Shown here: positions 1 to 8,210 of the stretch, one piece after another | Numbering within the stretch: position 1 is the stretch's first letter | Layout of the letters: each line of letters opens with the position of its first letter | Source: Candidatus Omnitrophota bacterium | GTDB taxonomy: Bacteria; Omnitrophota; Gorgyraeia; Zapsychrales; JANLHA01 | DNA: 64,000 nt | NCBI GenBank assembly: GCA_963662715.1 | Contig: OY759724.1 | Span: 1,754,662-1,818,661 of the forward strand | Reading direction: 5' to 3' | The notes under the pieces: model-generated | The model's input: the letters and a program-made list of their open reading frames with translations, nothing else | Told to the model about the DNA's origin: nothing | The model's database searches: none | Program-made: the position numbers and the translations under genes

Positions 1-1
1 A

Positions 2-256
2 GTGCAAAATGGTTTTGTTGTTTCAGATAAACCGGATATAGAAATTAGAATAACAGAGTTTAGTTTGGTAAATAAGGAGATTATTTCATTAACATTTGAT
101 ATGAGATCAGATGATACAATTTATAGAACGACACAATACCGTCCAAAGGTTGGACCAGGATATTATCAAGGTGTTTCTTATTTTAGGGCAACCCCAGGAA
201 TAGGGAAAGCTACAGATATAATTTTAGTTAGTATAATGCGTAGAATTAAACGATAA
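2..256 (+). CDS. hypothetical cassette protein, 5'-partial (runs off window start)
   Basis: Open frame from position 2, with no ATG at its start. Followed by an attC at 282-357. Confidence 0.35.
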   Translation: MQNGFVVSDKPDIEIRITEFSLVNKEIISLTFDMRSDDTIYRTTQYRPKVGPGYYQGVSYFRATPGIGKATDIILVSIMRRIKR

Positions 257-281
257 ATATGATAACTTAAAATTAAAATAA

Positions 282-357
282 TCTAACCAGTCAATCCACC
301 GGATCTGATTACGCACCTGACGGCGCTCCATCAGTCCGGTGATTTCCGGCGTTAGGT
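282..357 (+). repeat. integron attC site
   Basis: Begins atcTAACcag and ends ggcGTTAGGTg (GTTRRRY). GC-rich imperfect palindrome: ccggatctgatt...tcagtccggtgat. Confidence 0.65.
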
Positions 358-364
358 GTAATAA

Positions 365-922
365 ATGAAAAAAGAAATCGCACTAATTATATTAGCTTTA
401 ACATTAAGTAGCTGTGCCACAACTGGATTAAGTCTATCTAAAGATCAGGATTTAGCTGCAAAAGGAGACGCAGGAGGTCTAAATAATATGGGTAGCAGAT
501 ATCAGTTTGGAGATGGTGTTCCCCAAAATTATGACAAAGCAGTAATGTATTATCAAAAGGCTGTAGATGAAGGTCTGTCTCTTGCAAAGTCAAATTTAGG
601 ATATATGTATGATCTGGGGTTGGGGGTTGTAGAAAATAATGATAAAGCCATATCTTTGTACACGGAGGCGGCAAATGATGGATGTCCTAATGGCATGGTT
701 AATTTAGCAATAATGTATGCAAATGGTGATAACATTGAGCAGTCTTTTGAAAAGGCCTACTTTTGGTTAGAGATAGCTAGGTTTTATACCCAAAGGGAAT
801 CGAATATGCAAATTAAATGGAGAGCTCGAGGTTTACGAGATCAAGTAATTACAATGCTTAACTCTGAACAAATTAAAAGCATTAACAAAATGGCGCATGA
901 TTGGATAGAGGAAAACAGGTAA
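365..922 (+). CDS. Sel1-like repeat lipoprotein (cassette-encoded)
   Basis: Signal peptide plus lipobox LTLSSC. Repeated ~36-aa units of Sel1/TPR-like type (e.g. NLGYMYDLGLGVVENNDKAISLY and MVNLAIMYANG). Confidence 0.55.
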   Translation: MKKEIALIILALTLSSCATTGLSLSKDQDLAAKGDAGGLNNMGSRYQFGDGVPQNYDKAVMYYQKAVDEGLSLAKSNLGYMYDLGLGVVENNDKAISLYTEAANDGCPNGMVNLAIMYANGDNIEQSFEKAYFWLEIARFYTQRESNMQIKWRARGLRDQVITMLNSEQIKSINKMAHDWIEENR

Positions 923-952
923 ATCATATTAAAATTATAATAATTCAATAAA

Positions 953-1036
953 CACCTAACAACCGCATTCACGCGGACGCCTCGCACGCCGCAAAAAGCA
1001 GCGGCGGCTCGGCATCGGTGATGCGCAGGCGTTGTC
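953..1036 (+). repeat. integron attC site
   Basis: Begins caccTAACaaccg and ends ggcGTTGTCTgg. GC-rich palindromic arms. Confidence 0.55.
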
Positions 1037-1278
1037 TGGCTGGAGAGATTGGTGGCGGGAAATTTTACATGAGAAGCGGAGTGGCGTTTGCGTTTAAGAA
1101 ATTTGTTGTTGGTGACGAAATACAAGATGAGGATTCCAGTCAGAAATTCGAAGTGTCGTTGGAGGCGGGTGGCATCACAAAAGAGAAGAGATAAATAAAA
1201 TTGGGTTCATATTTTGAACATTGTTATTAGGAAGCATGACCCCAATTTTGGGAATGGATTTGGTTCAGCAAACAAAGC

Positions 1279-1356
1279 GTACAACAAATCACTTCAGCGG
1301 TCGCAGCTCCGGCAGCTTCGCCGCCTGCGCACGACCGCTGAGTTCTCACGTTATTT
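1279..1356 (+). repeat. integron attC site
   Basis: Begins gtaCAACAAatcacttcagcgg and ends ccgctgagttctcacGTTATTT. Same family as the attCs at 12358 and 12797 (shared core gccgcctgcgcacg.c.gctgagtt). Confidence 0.65.
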
Positions 1357-1367
1357 TTTGAAAAATT

Positions 1368-1742
1368 ATGAATAAACTTCCAGTCATAAAAGGTGAAAAG
1401 AACTATTTTCCAACAAAAGCTTTATGTCCTATCTGTAAAAAGAATAAGGTTCTAGAGCCTCATTCTATGGCAATAATTAGCGGTGGTGCTTTATTAATGA
1501 ATCGCAAGGATGATTCAGGAGGACCTTCAGGTAATTTAGAAAGCTATTTAAATTTAAGTTGGCACGGGGCACATGATGGAGGAGAAGGCGAAGACCGAGA
1601 AATTGGATTGATTATGGATATTGCACAAGATGTCAAAGGTGGGCAATTTGATTTGTATTTTTGTTCTACATCATGTTTGCGAGAATTTTTAAATTCTTGT
1701 GTTGATGAACTTGAAAAGAGAATAAGAAAAGAAAAAAAATAA
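1368..1742 (+). CDS. hypothetical Cys-rich cassette protein
   Basis: 124-aa ORF with CPIC...CSTSC cysteine pairs. Its TAA stop overlaps the start of the downstream attC (TAACAAGTCA). Confidence 0.45.
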   Translation: MNKLPVIKGEKNYFPTKALCPICKKNKVLEPHSMAIISGGALLMNRKDDSGGPSGNLESYLNLSWHGAHDGGEGEDREIGLIMDIAQDVKGGQFDLYFCSTSCLREFLNSCVDELEKRIRKEKK

Positions 1743-1749
1743 CAAGTCA

Positions 1750-3000
1750 TCCATGAAAACAGTCATCTGGTCAAGCATAAAATAGAAAGGCCAAATCATC
1801 CATTCGCGCTATATTCCCCAAAAGGACTTATGCGCACAATAGCGTATTATGACAGGGCGTGCCAATCACTACAACGGCCTTAAATATGCCAGAGTTGTTA
1901 ACAGCATCACCCATTTATACTGACCGATATTTATACTCACAGTTGTTTTTCAAAACAGCAAAAACAGATTTTAACAGCTTATGAGCAACAGCAACTATAG
2001 CGACACCGTAATCTTTTTTAGTTCGAATCTTCTGAAAATGAGTTTGTAAATATATATCACGGCGCACAGCGGTTTGAGCCGCTTCGACAAAAGCAGTGCG
2101 TAAGTATTTATTGCCATCTTTAGTAATAGGGCCTGAATAATAGCTTTGACCTGATTGATGGACACGAGGAACAATGCCGGCGTAACGGGCAAGTTTATGC
2201 GCATTCTTAAAGCGGGAGATGTCACCGATTTCAGCCAGGATGACATGAGCAAGAATAACCCCTATACCAGGGACAGTGTAGAGTAACCGAGCCTTAGAAT
2301 CGACTTTGATGTTCAGACGGAGACGAGAATCGATTTTGTAAATATGCCGGGAGAGAATATCGATAAAGGAGAGATAATCGGCAATCATGGAAGAATAAGG
2401 TTGCCGTAAGGATAATTGATTTAAGAAGAGTTTGCCGGAAACACCGAAGAGGTCGCTGAAAGAATGCTGAATACCCTGATAATCAAGGATAGCATGAATA
2501 CGATTTTTGAGGCTAGTGCGAATGGCGATCAAACGGTGGCGATACCGCATCAAAGCACGAGCATCACGATGAAAGCGGGAAACACGGTAAGCTTTGGGCA
2601 AGAGATCGGCTCTCAAGAGGTCAGCTAAAACAGAAGCAGAGATTTTATCGGTTTTAATGCGTTGTTCGGCAATAGCCTTAGTTCGCGCGGTATGAGCGAG
2701 AGAAACATCTAAGCCGGCCTCTTCAAGCAAGTCACCGAGCCAAAGGTCAAAGCCAGAGGCTTCCAGTGCGACAGAAGAGTTATGAGGAAGGGCTTTAAAA
2801 TAATTTTTCATAGCATCTTTCTGGAAGTGATATAATTTTGTTTGATCGATGCGGTTGCCATTCTGATCTTTAACGACAACATACGAATACTTTTTGTGTT
2901 GATCGATTCCGATGTAATACATACGTGCCTCCTTTCTGGAAGGTTGTGGTTTTTGGCTTAAAATCATTATACGCCTTCCAGAGGCACGTTTTCATACTAT
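1750..3000 (-). mobile_element. IS110-family insertion sequence (IS1111-attC-like), copy 1, inserted in an attC site
   Basis: A 1251-bp segment identical to 4585-4665 plus 6970-8143. It splits an attC between aacaagtca and (t)cactacagcgg. No obvious terminal inverted repeats; subterminal palindrome ctggaaggttgtgg...ccttccag. Carries a DEDD transposase. Confidence 0.8.
1915..2967 (-). CDS. IS110 family transposase (DEDD)
   Basis: 350 aa. N-terminal YYIGIDQHKK motif and C-terminal AGIVPRVHQSGQS motif are typical of IS110/IS1111 transposases. Identical copy at 7058-8110. Confidence 0.9.
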   Translation of the reverse strand: MILSQKPQPSRKEARMYYIGIDQHKKYSYVVVKDQNGNRIDQTKLYHFQKDAMKNYFKALPHNSSVALEASGFDLWLGDLLEEAGLDVSLAHTARTKAIAEQRIKTDKISASVLADLLRADLLPKAYRVSRFHRDARALMRYRHRLIAIRTSLKNRIHAILDYQGIQHSFSDLFGVSGKLFLNQLSLRQPYSSMIADYLSFIDILSRHIYKIDSRLRLNIKVDSKARLLYTVPGIGVILAHVILAEIGDISRFKNAHKLARYAGIVPRVHQSGQSYYSGPITKDGNKYLRTAFVEAAQTAVRRDIYLQTHFQKIRTKKDYGVAIVAVAHKLLKSVFAVLKNNCEYKYRSV

Positions 3001-3065
3001 CACTACAGCGGAGCCCCTCGCCACCTTCGGCAGACTCGGGACCCCGCTGAGTTCTCACGTTATAA
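3001..3065 (+). repeat. integron attC site, right portion (left 9 bp at 1741-1749; split by IS110 copy 1)
   Basis: cactacagcggagcccctcgccaccttcggcagactcgggaccccgctgagttctcacGTTATAA. Homologous to the intact attCs at 9339 and 10611. Confidence 0.7.
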
Positions 3066-3083
3066 ACAAAAATTAAAGAAAAA

Positions 3084-3761
3084 ATGTTTAAATTCAATTT
3101 CGATTTACTAAAAAAATCAAAAAATGTTCTATCCCAATATAAAAATATTTATTGGATTATCGGGGGAGCATGTTCTGGTAAATCAACCATATGTAAAACA
3201 ATTGCAAAACAAAAAAAGGCACATTTATACGATATGGATGAATATATATTTAGTAAATATATGAGCCGTTATACAAAAAAAAGACATCCTGCAAGTAAAA
3301 CATGGTTTTCGTCAAAGAACTCTCTAGATTGGGTATTATCTTTATCTTGGAAAGATTTTGATCAACTAAATAAAGCAGCCAATGCAGAATACCTGGATTT
3401 ATTTTCTGAAGATATGAAAAAGTATTCCTCTGATGATTTAATATTTGTTGATGGTGGCATCAGTTACCCTTCTGTACTAGCAAAAGCTTTTCCAATTAAG
3501 AATATTGTCTGTTTATATATTCCACCAACTCAAAGTAACATGTTATGGAACAATACTAAAGAAAGAAAACCAATGAAGGATATGATCCTAGATCTACCTC
3601 AAGGTAGAAAGAAATGGGAAAAATTCTTATTCTGTGACAAGAAGATAGCAGAAATCAGCTTGAGAGAATCTAAAAAACACAATATAAAGATATTTCGTAG
3701 AAATAATAATGTATCAATAAAACAATTATCGAAAAAAATTTTAAATTATTTTGACCTTTAA
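3084..3761 (+). CDS. P-loop NTPase / kinase-like ATP-binding protein (cassette)
   Basis: Walker A motif IIGGACSGKST near the N-terminus. 225 aa, AT-rich. Confidence 0.55.
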   Translation: MFKFNFDLLKKSKNVLSQYKNIYWIIGGACSGKSTICKTIAKQKKAHLYDMDEYIFSKYMSRYTKKRHPASKTWFSSKNSLDWVLSLSWKDFDQLNKAANAEYLDLFSEDMKKYSSDDLIFVDGGISYPSVLAKAFPIKNIVCLYIPPTQSNMLWNNTKERKPMKDMILDLPQGRKKWEKFLFCDKKIAEISLRESKKHNIKIFRRNNNVSIKQLSKKILNYFDL

Positions 3762-3770
3762 CTAAGTTTA

Positions 3771-3852
3771 TAACAACTCATTCCACCCGACCGTATTCGC
3801 GGCTTCGCCGCTCATCCGGCGGGTGAACTCGGGCTAGAAATGGGTTGAATTA
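3771..3852 (+). repeat. integron attC site
   Basis: Begins tATAACaactcattcc and ends gaaatgGGTTGAAT (GTTRRRY). GC-rich arms gcggcttcgccgc. Confidence 0.65.
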
Positions 3853-3898
3853 TACGTATAATTATGGTATACTCTATACGTATAAAGGAGGTATTAAA

Positions 3899-4147
3899 AT
3901 GGTAACAAAATTAACATTAGCTTTAGATGAAGCTGTGGTTAGAAAAGCAAAACAATATGCGAAAAAACAAAAGCTTAGCCTGTCAAAATTAGTTGAATTT
4001 TATTTCTCATCATTAGTATCTGATAATTATTCGGAACAATATAACATGCCGCCCATAACAGCAGAACTTGCAGGTATGGTCAAATCTAAATTGTTCAAAA
4101 GTGACAAGGATTTATTAACAGATACCTTGATAGAGAAATATGTATGA
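3899..4147 (+). CDS. type II antitoxin (VapB-like, ribbon-helix-helix-type), cassette-encoded
   Basis: Small 83-aa protein (MVTKLTLALDEAVVRKAKQYAKKQKLSLSKLVEFYF). It overlaps the downstream PIN-domain gene by 4 bp (ATGA). Start chosen at the internal ATG after a GGAGG-like RBS. Confidence 0.5.
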   Translation: MVTKLTLALDEAVVRKAKQYAKKQKLSLSKLVEFYFSSLVSDNYSEQYNMPPITAELAGMVKSKLFKSDKDLLTDTLIEKYV

Positions 4148-4563
4148 AAAATAAAATATTTATTGATACAGACATTTTTTTGGACACAATTCTTGATAGA
4201 AAACCGCATTCGAATTATTCAAATAGAATAATAAGCCTTTGTGAACAAAATGAAATTCAAGGATTTACATCTAGTCTTGTTATTGCAAACATTTATTACA
4301 TCTTAAATAAGTTGTCGAGCCACAACAAAGCCCTTCAAGCAATTAATAAGATTCGAGCTATAATTAATATCCTTCCCTTTACTGATAAAGAAATTGGTGA
4401 ATCAATTAATGCCGATTTCCAAGACTTCGAAGACGGCGTTCAGTATTTCATTGCGATTAACAATAAGGTAGACAGAATAATTACACGAAATGTTAAAGAT
4501 TTTAAAAAGGCCTCAATAGGGATATTGACTCCTAAAGAGTTCCTGCAATCAATAAATACGTAA
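4144..4563 (+). CDS. PIN-domain toxin (VapC-like)
   Basis: 139 aa. N-terminal IFIDTDIFLD acidic motif typical of the PIN fold. Translationally coupled to the upstream small gene. Confidence 0.6.
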   Translation: MKNKIFIDTDIFLDTILDRKPHSNYSNRIISLCEQNEIQGFTSSLVIANIYYILNKLSSHNKALQAINKIRAIINILPFTDKEIGESINADFQDFEDGVQYFIAINNKVDRIITRNVKDFKKASIGILTPKEFLQSINT

Positions 4564-4679
4564 TTATTAATGCATAACAAGTCATCCATGAAAACAGTCA
4601 TCTGGTCAAGCATAAAATAGAAAGGCCAAATCATCCATTCGCGCTATATTCCCCAAAAGGACTTATGTAATGACCCTAG

Positions 4680-5447
4680 TTAAGCAAGGATTTTTTTGTG
4701 TAGATCGAGTTCTTTGTTAATCCATCTTTTGTAAAACTCTTCAGGCGTAGCGAAGAATAATGCCTGATGAGGGAAATCGGTGTTGTAATCGTTGATCCAA
4801 CGCTTGAAGTCATCTTGAAGATCAAATGGGTTGTCCCATTCATTGATCCAAATGAAATCTTCTTTGATTCTGCGGATGACGCGTTCGGTGTCAGCATTGC
4901 CTTTGGGGTTGGACCAGGTTGAGAAGATCTGCTTGATGCCGGCCAGTGAACAATTAAGCCTGAAGCGCCCGCTGGTGGGCTGACAGCCATTGTCCGAGAT
5001 CAGGTGCAGGTCATGATTCAGTGTGTCTTTGATGCCGTTTGGGAATCGGTTGTTGATGGCCATTTCCAGGGCATCCAGCCAGTCATCAGTCTTTGACTGG
5101 ATGTTGAGGCTATAGCCGATAATTTCTTTGGTATACCAGTCTAGGACGATGGTCAGATAGAACCAGCCCCAGGTCGCCAGTTTGATTTTTGTCATATCGA
5201 TACCCCAGAATTGATTGGGGTGAGAAGCTCGTGGTTTCCGGCGGAGGTTGCCACGCTTGGCCTTCAAGCGATCGTTGGGTTGAACCGTTAATTGATTTTC
5301 TTGCATGAGGCGTTGGACACAATTTTTGCCAATTTTGTAATGTTTACGGTTGTTTAAATAGGCCCAGACTGAACGGTATCCCCAGAGGGGATGTTGCTTT
5401 TTAATTTGTCGGATTTTGACTAAATGTTTTTGGTCTTGTTCGATACG
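4680..5447 (-). pseudogene. IS3 orfB of the outer copy, separated from its own orfA by the inner insertion
   Basis: Identical to orfB at 5466-6257 but lacking the first ~6 codons, which continue at 6602 onward. Confidence 0.7.
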
Positions 5448-5465
5448 CTTTTGTAATGACCCTAG

Positions 5466-6257
5466 TTAAGCAAGGATTTTTTTGTGTAGATCGAGTTCTT
5501 TGTTAATCCATCTTTTGTAAAACTCTTCAGGCGTAGCGAAGAATAATGCCTGATGAGGGAAATCGGTGTTGTAATCGTTGATCCAACGCTTGAAGTCATC
5601 TTGAAGATCAAATGGGTTGTCCCATTCATTGATCCAAATGAAATCTTCTTTGATTCTGCGGATGACGCGTTCGGTGTCAGCATTGCCTTTGGGGTTGGAC
5701 CAGGTTGAGAAGATCTGCTTGATGCCGGCCAGTGAACAATTAAGCCTGAAGCGCCCGCTGGTGGGCTGACAGCCATTGTCCGAGATCAGGTGCAGGTCAT
5801 GATTCAGTGTGTCTTTGATGCCGTTTGGGAATCGGTTGTTGATGGCCATTTCCAGGGCATCCAGCCAGTCATCAGTCTTTGACTGGATGTTGAGGCTATA
5901 GCCGATAATTTCTTTGGTATACCAGTCTAGGACGATGGTCAGATAGAACCAGCCCCAGGTCGCCAGTTTGATTTTTGTCATATCGATACCCCAGAATTGA
6001 TTGGGGTGAGAAGCTCGTGGTTTCCGGCGGAGGTTGCCACGCTTGGCCTTCAAGCGATCGTTGGGTTGAACCGTTAATTGATTTTCTTGCATGAGGCGTT
6101 GGACACAATTTTTGCCAATTTTGTAATGTTTACGGTTGTTTAAATAGGCCCAGACTGAACGGTATCCCCAGAGGGGATGTTGCTTTTTAATTTGTCGGAT
6201 TTTGACTAAATGTTTTTGGTCTTGTTCGATACGCTTTAGAGAACGGCGTCTTTTCAT
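5466..6257 (-). CDS. IS3 family transposase OrfB (DDE integrase core)
   Basis: 263 aa. Matches the rve-type DDE region (WGIDMTKIK...LISDNGCQ...). Overlaps orfA by 4 bp. Confidence 0.85.
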   Translation of the reverse strand: MKRRRSLKRIEQDQKHLVKIRQIKKQHPLWGYRSVWAYLNNRKHYKIGKNCVQRLMQENQLTVQPNDRLKAKRGNLRRKPRASHPNQFWGIDMTKIKLATWGWFYLTIVLDWYTKEIIGYSLNIQSKTDDWLDALEMAINNRFPNGIKDTLNHDLHLISDNGCQPTSGRFRLNCSLAGIKQIFSTWSNPKGNADTERVIRRIKEDFIWINEWDNPFDLQDDFKRWINDYNTDFPHQALFFATPEEFYKRWINKELDLHKKILA

Positions 6258-6559
6258 AACTCGTACTCGTTTTTTTTTAGTTCAACGGTCAAGTCGCCGA
6301 TGATGCGTTTGAGTTTGGCGTTTTCTTTTTCAAGACGTTGCTCTTTCTGGGACTGTTGTTTGATGTCAAAGGCCATATGGCATTCTTTGAGGAACTGGTC
6401 GCGCCATTTGTAATATTGGGTTTGGCCAATTTGGTATTTGTTACAAAGTTTACTGATGTCGATTTTCCCGCTGAGGCCTTCAAGCACGATTTGGGTCTTT
6501 TGTTGGCTGGTCCATTGGCGTTTTTTCATGGGAATTGGGCTCCTTTCCTTGGAACTCAA
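6254..6559 (-). CDS. IS3 family transposase OrfA (HTH)
   Basis: 101 aa. HTH followed by a leucine-zipper-like C-terminus, typical of IS3 OrfA. Confidence 0.85.
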   Translation of the reverse strand: MSSKERSPIPMKKRQWTSQQKTQIVLEGLSGKIDISKLCNKYQIGQTQYYKWRDQFLKECHMAFDIKQQSQKEQRLEKENAKLKRIIGDLTVELKKNEYEL

Positions 6560-6621
6560 TTCTACACCATTTGTTTAAATTTGTTAACTAGGGTCACTAT
6601 ACTTTAGAGAACGGCGTCTTT

Positions 6622-6927
6622 TCATAACTCGTACTCGTTTTTTTTTAGTTCAACGGTCAAGTCGCCGATGATGCGTTTGAGTTTGGCGTTTTCTTTTTCA
6701 AGACGTTGCTCTTTCTGGGACTGTTGTTTGATGTCAAAGGCCATATGGCATTCTTTGAGGAACTGGTCGCGCCATTTGTAATATTGGGTTTGGCCAATTT
6801 GGTATTTGTTACAAAGTTTACTGATGTCGATTTTCCCGCTGAGGCCTTCAAGCACGATTTGGGTCTTTTGTTGGCTGGTCCATTGGCGTTTTTTCATGGG
6901 AATTGGGCTCCTTTCCTTGGAACTCAA
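6622..6927 (-). CDS. IS3 family transposase OrfA (outer copy)
   Basis: Identical to the OrfA at 6254-6559. Confidence 0.8.
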   Translation of the reverse strand: MSSKERSPIPMKKRQWTSQQKTQIVLEGLSGKIDISKLCNKYQIGQTQYYKWRDQFLKECHMAFDIKQQSQKEQRLEKENAKLKRIIGDLTVELKKNEYEL

Positions 6928-7057
6928 TTCTACACCATTTGTTTAAATTTGTTAACTAGGGTCACTATACTTATGCGCACAATAGCGTATTATGACAGGG
7001 CGTGCCAATCACTACAACGGCCTTAAATATGCCAGAGTTGTTAACAGCATCACCCAT

Positions 7058-8110
7058 TTATACTGACCGATATTTATACTCACAGTTGTTTTTCAAAACA
7101 GCAAAAACAGATTTTAACAGCTTATGAGCAACAGCAACTATAGCGACACCGTAATCTTTTTTAGTTCGAATCTTCTGAAAATGAGTTTGTAAATATATAT
7201 CACGGCGCACAGCGGTTTGAGCCGCTTCGACAAAAGCAGTGCGTAAGTATTTATTGCCATCTTTAGTAATAGGGCCTGAATAATAGCTTTGACCTGATTG
7301 ATGGACACGAGGAACAATGCCGGCGTAACGGGCAAGTTTATGCGCATTCTTAAAGCGGGAGATGTCACCGATTTCAGCCAGGATGACATGAGCAAGAATA
7401 ACCCCTATACCAGGGACAGTGTAGAGTAACCGAGCCTTAGAATCGACTTTGATGTTCAGACGGAGACGAGAATCGATTTTGTAAATATGCCGGGAGAGAA
7501 TATCGATAAAGGAGAGATAATCGGCAATCATGGAAGAATAAGGTTGCCGTAAGGATAATTGATTTAAGAAGAGTTTGCCGGAAACACCGAAGAGGTCGCT
7601 GAAAGAATGCTGAATACCCTGATAATCAAGGATAGCATGAATACGATTTTTGAGGCTAGTGCGAATGGCGATCAAACGGTGGCGATACCGCATCAAAGCA
7701 CGAGCATCACGATGAAAGCGGGAAACACGGTAAGCTTTGGGCAAGAGATCGGCTCTCAAGAGGTCAGCTAAAACAGAAGCAGAGATTTTATCGGTTTTAA
7801 TGCGTTGTTCGGCAATAGCCTTAGTTCGCGCGGTATGAGCGAGAGAAACATCTAAGCCGGCCTCTTCAAGCAAGTCACCGAGCCAAAGGTCAAAGCCAGA
7901 GGCTTCCAGTGCGACAGAAGAGTTATGAGGAAGGGCTTTAAAATAATTTTTCATAGCATCTTTCTGGAAGTGATATAATTTTGTTTGATCGATGCGGTTG
8001 CCATTCTGATCTTTAACGACAACATACGAATACTTTTTGTGTTGATCGATTCCGATGTAATACATACGTGCCTCCTTTCTGGAAGGTTGTGGTTTTTGGC
8101 TTAAAATCAT
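7058..8110 (-). CDS. IS110 family transposase (DEDD), copy 2
   Basis: Identical to the protein at 1915-2967. Confidence 0.9.
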   Translation of the reverse strand: MILSQKPQPSRKEARMYYIGIDQHKKYSYVVVKDQNGNRIDQTKLYHFQKDAMKNYFKALPHNSSVALEASGFDLWLGDLLEEAGLDVSLAHTARTKAIAEQRIKTDKISASVLADLLRADLLPKAYRVSRFHRDARALMRYRHRLIAIRTSLKNRIHAILDYQGIQHSFSDLFGVSGKLFLNQLSLRQPYSSMIADYLSFIDILSRHIYKIDSRLRLNIKVDSKARLLYTVPGIGVILAHVILAEIGDISRFKNAHKLARYAGIVPRVHQSGQSYYSGPITKDGNKYLRTAFVEAAQTAVRRDIYLQTHFQKIRTKKDYGVAIVAVAHKLLKSVFAVLKNNCEYKYRSV

Positions 8111-8143
8111 TATACGCCTTCCAGAGGCACGTTTTCATACTAT

Positions 8144-8207
8144 CACTACAGCGGAGCCCCTCGCCACCTTCGGCAGACTCGGGACCCCGCTGAGTTCGTT
8201 GTTGGCC
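8144..8207 (+). repeat. integron attC site, right portion (left 9 bp at 4576-4584; split by IS110 copy 2)
   Basis: cactacagcggagcccctcgccaccttcggcagactcgggaccccgctgagttcGTTGTTGGCC. Confidence 0.7.
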
Positions 8208-8210
8208 TAA

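Larger units (their letters stand above)
5452..6601 (-). mobile_element. IS3-family element, complete inner copy
   Basis: 1150 bp with IRs, orfA (6254-6559) and orfB (5466-6257) overlapping by 4 bp. An A-run slippery site lies at the junction. Confidence 0.85.
4666..6969 (-). mobile_element. IS3-family element (1150 bp) carrying a second identical copy inserted in itself; the outer copy has a CTTA target duplication inside the IS110 element
   Basis: Ends TGTAATGACCCTAGTTAAGCAA ... TTTGTTAACTAGGGTCACTATA (imperfect IRs). The outer copy is split as 4666-5451 plus 6602-6969. The inner complete copy is at 5452-6601, flanked by a CTTT duplication. OrfA/OrfB frameshift-type transposase. Confidence 0.8.
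4585..8143 (-). mobile_element. IS110-family element copy 2 (1251 bp), interrupted by a nested IS3-family composite at 4666-6969; inserted in an attC site
   Basis: 4585-4665 and 6970-8143 are identical to copy 1. Flanks are the same attC family (aacaagtca | cactacagcgg...). Confidence 0.8.

Noticed and set aside
4676-6607. Antisense and duplicate ORFs inside the IS copies (4676-4990, 5110-5322, 5462-5776, 5896-6108, 6289-6483, 6338-6607, 6657-6851, 6706-7026)
   Set aside because: They overlap the IS3 orfA/orfB on the opposite strand or in other frames and repeat only because the IS is duplicated. There are no motifs or RBSs.
4666-6969. Possibility that the tandem IS3 arrangement is an assembly artefact
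   Set aside because: Kept as a feature because the junctions show clean 4-bp duplications (CTTA and CTTT) and the outer copy's halves reconstitute exactly one element. It still needs read-level confirmation and is listed under could_be_checked_by.
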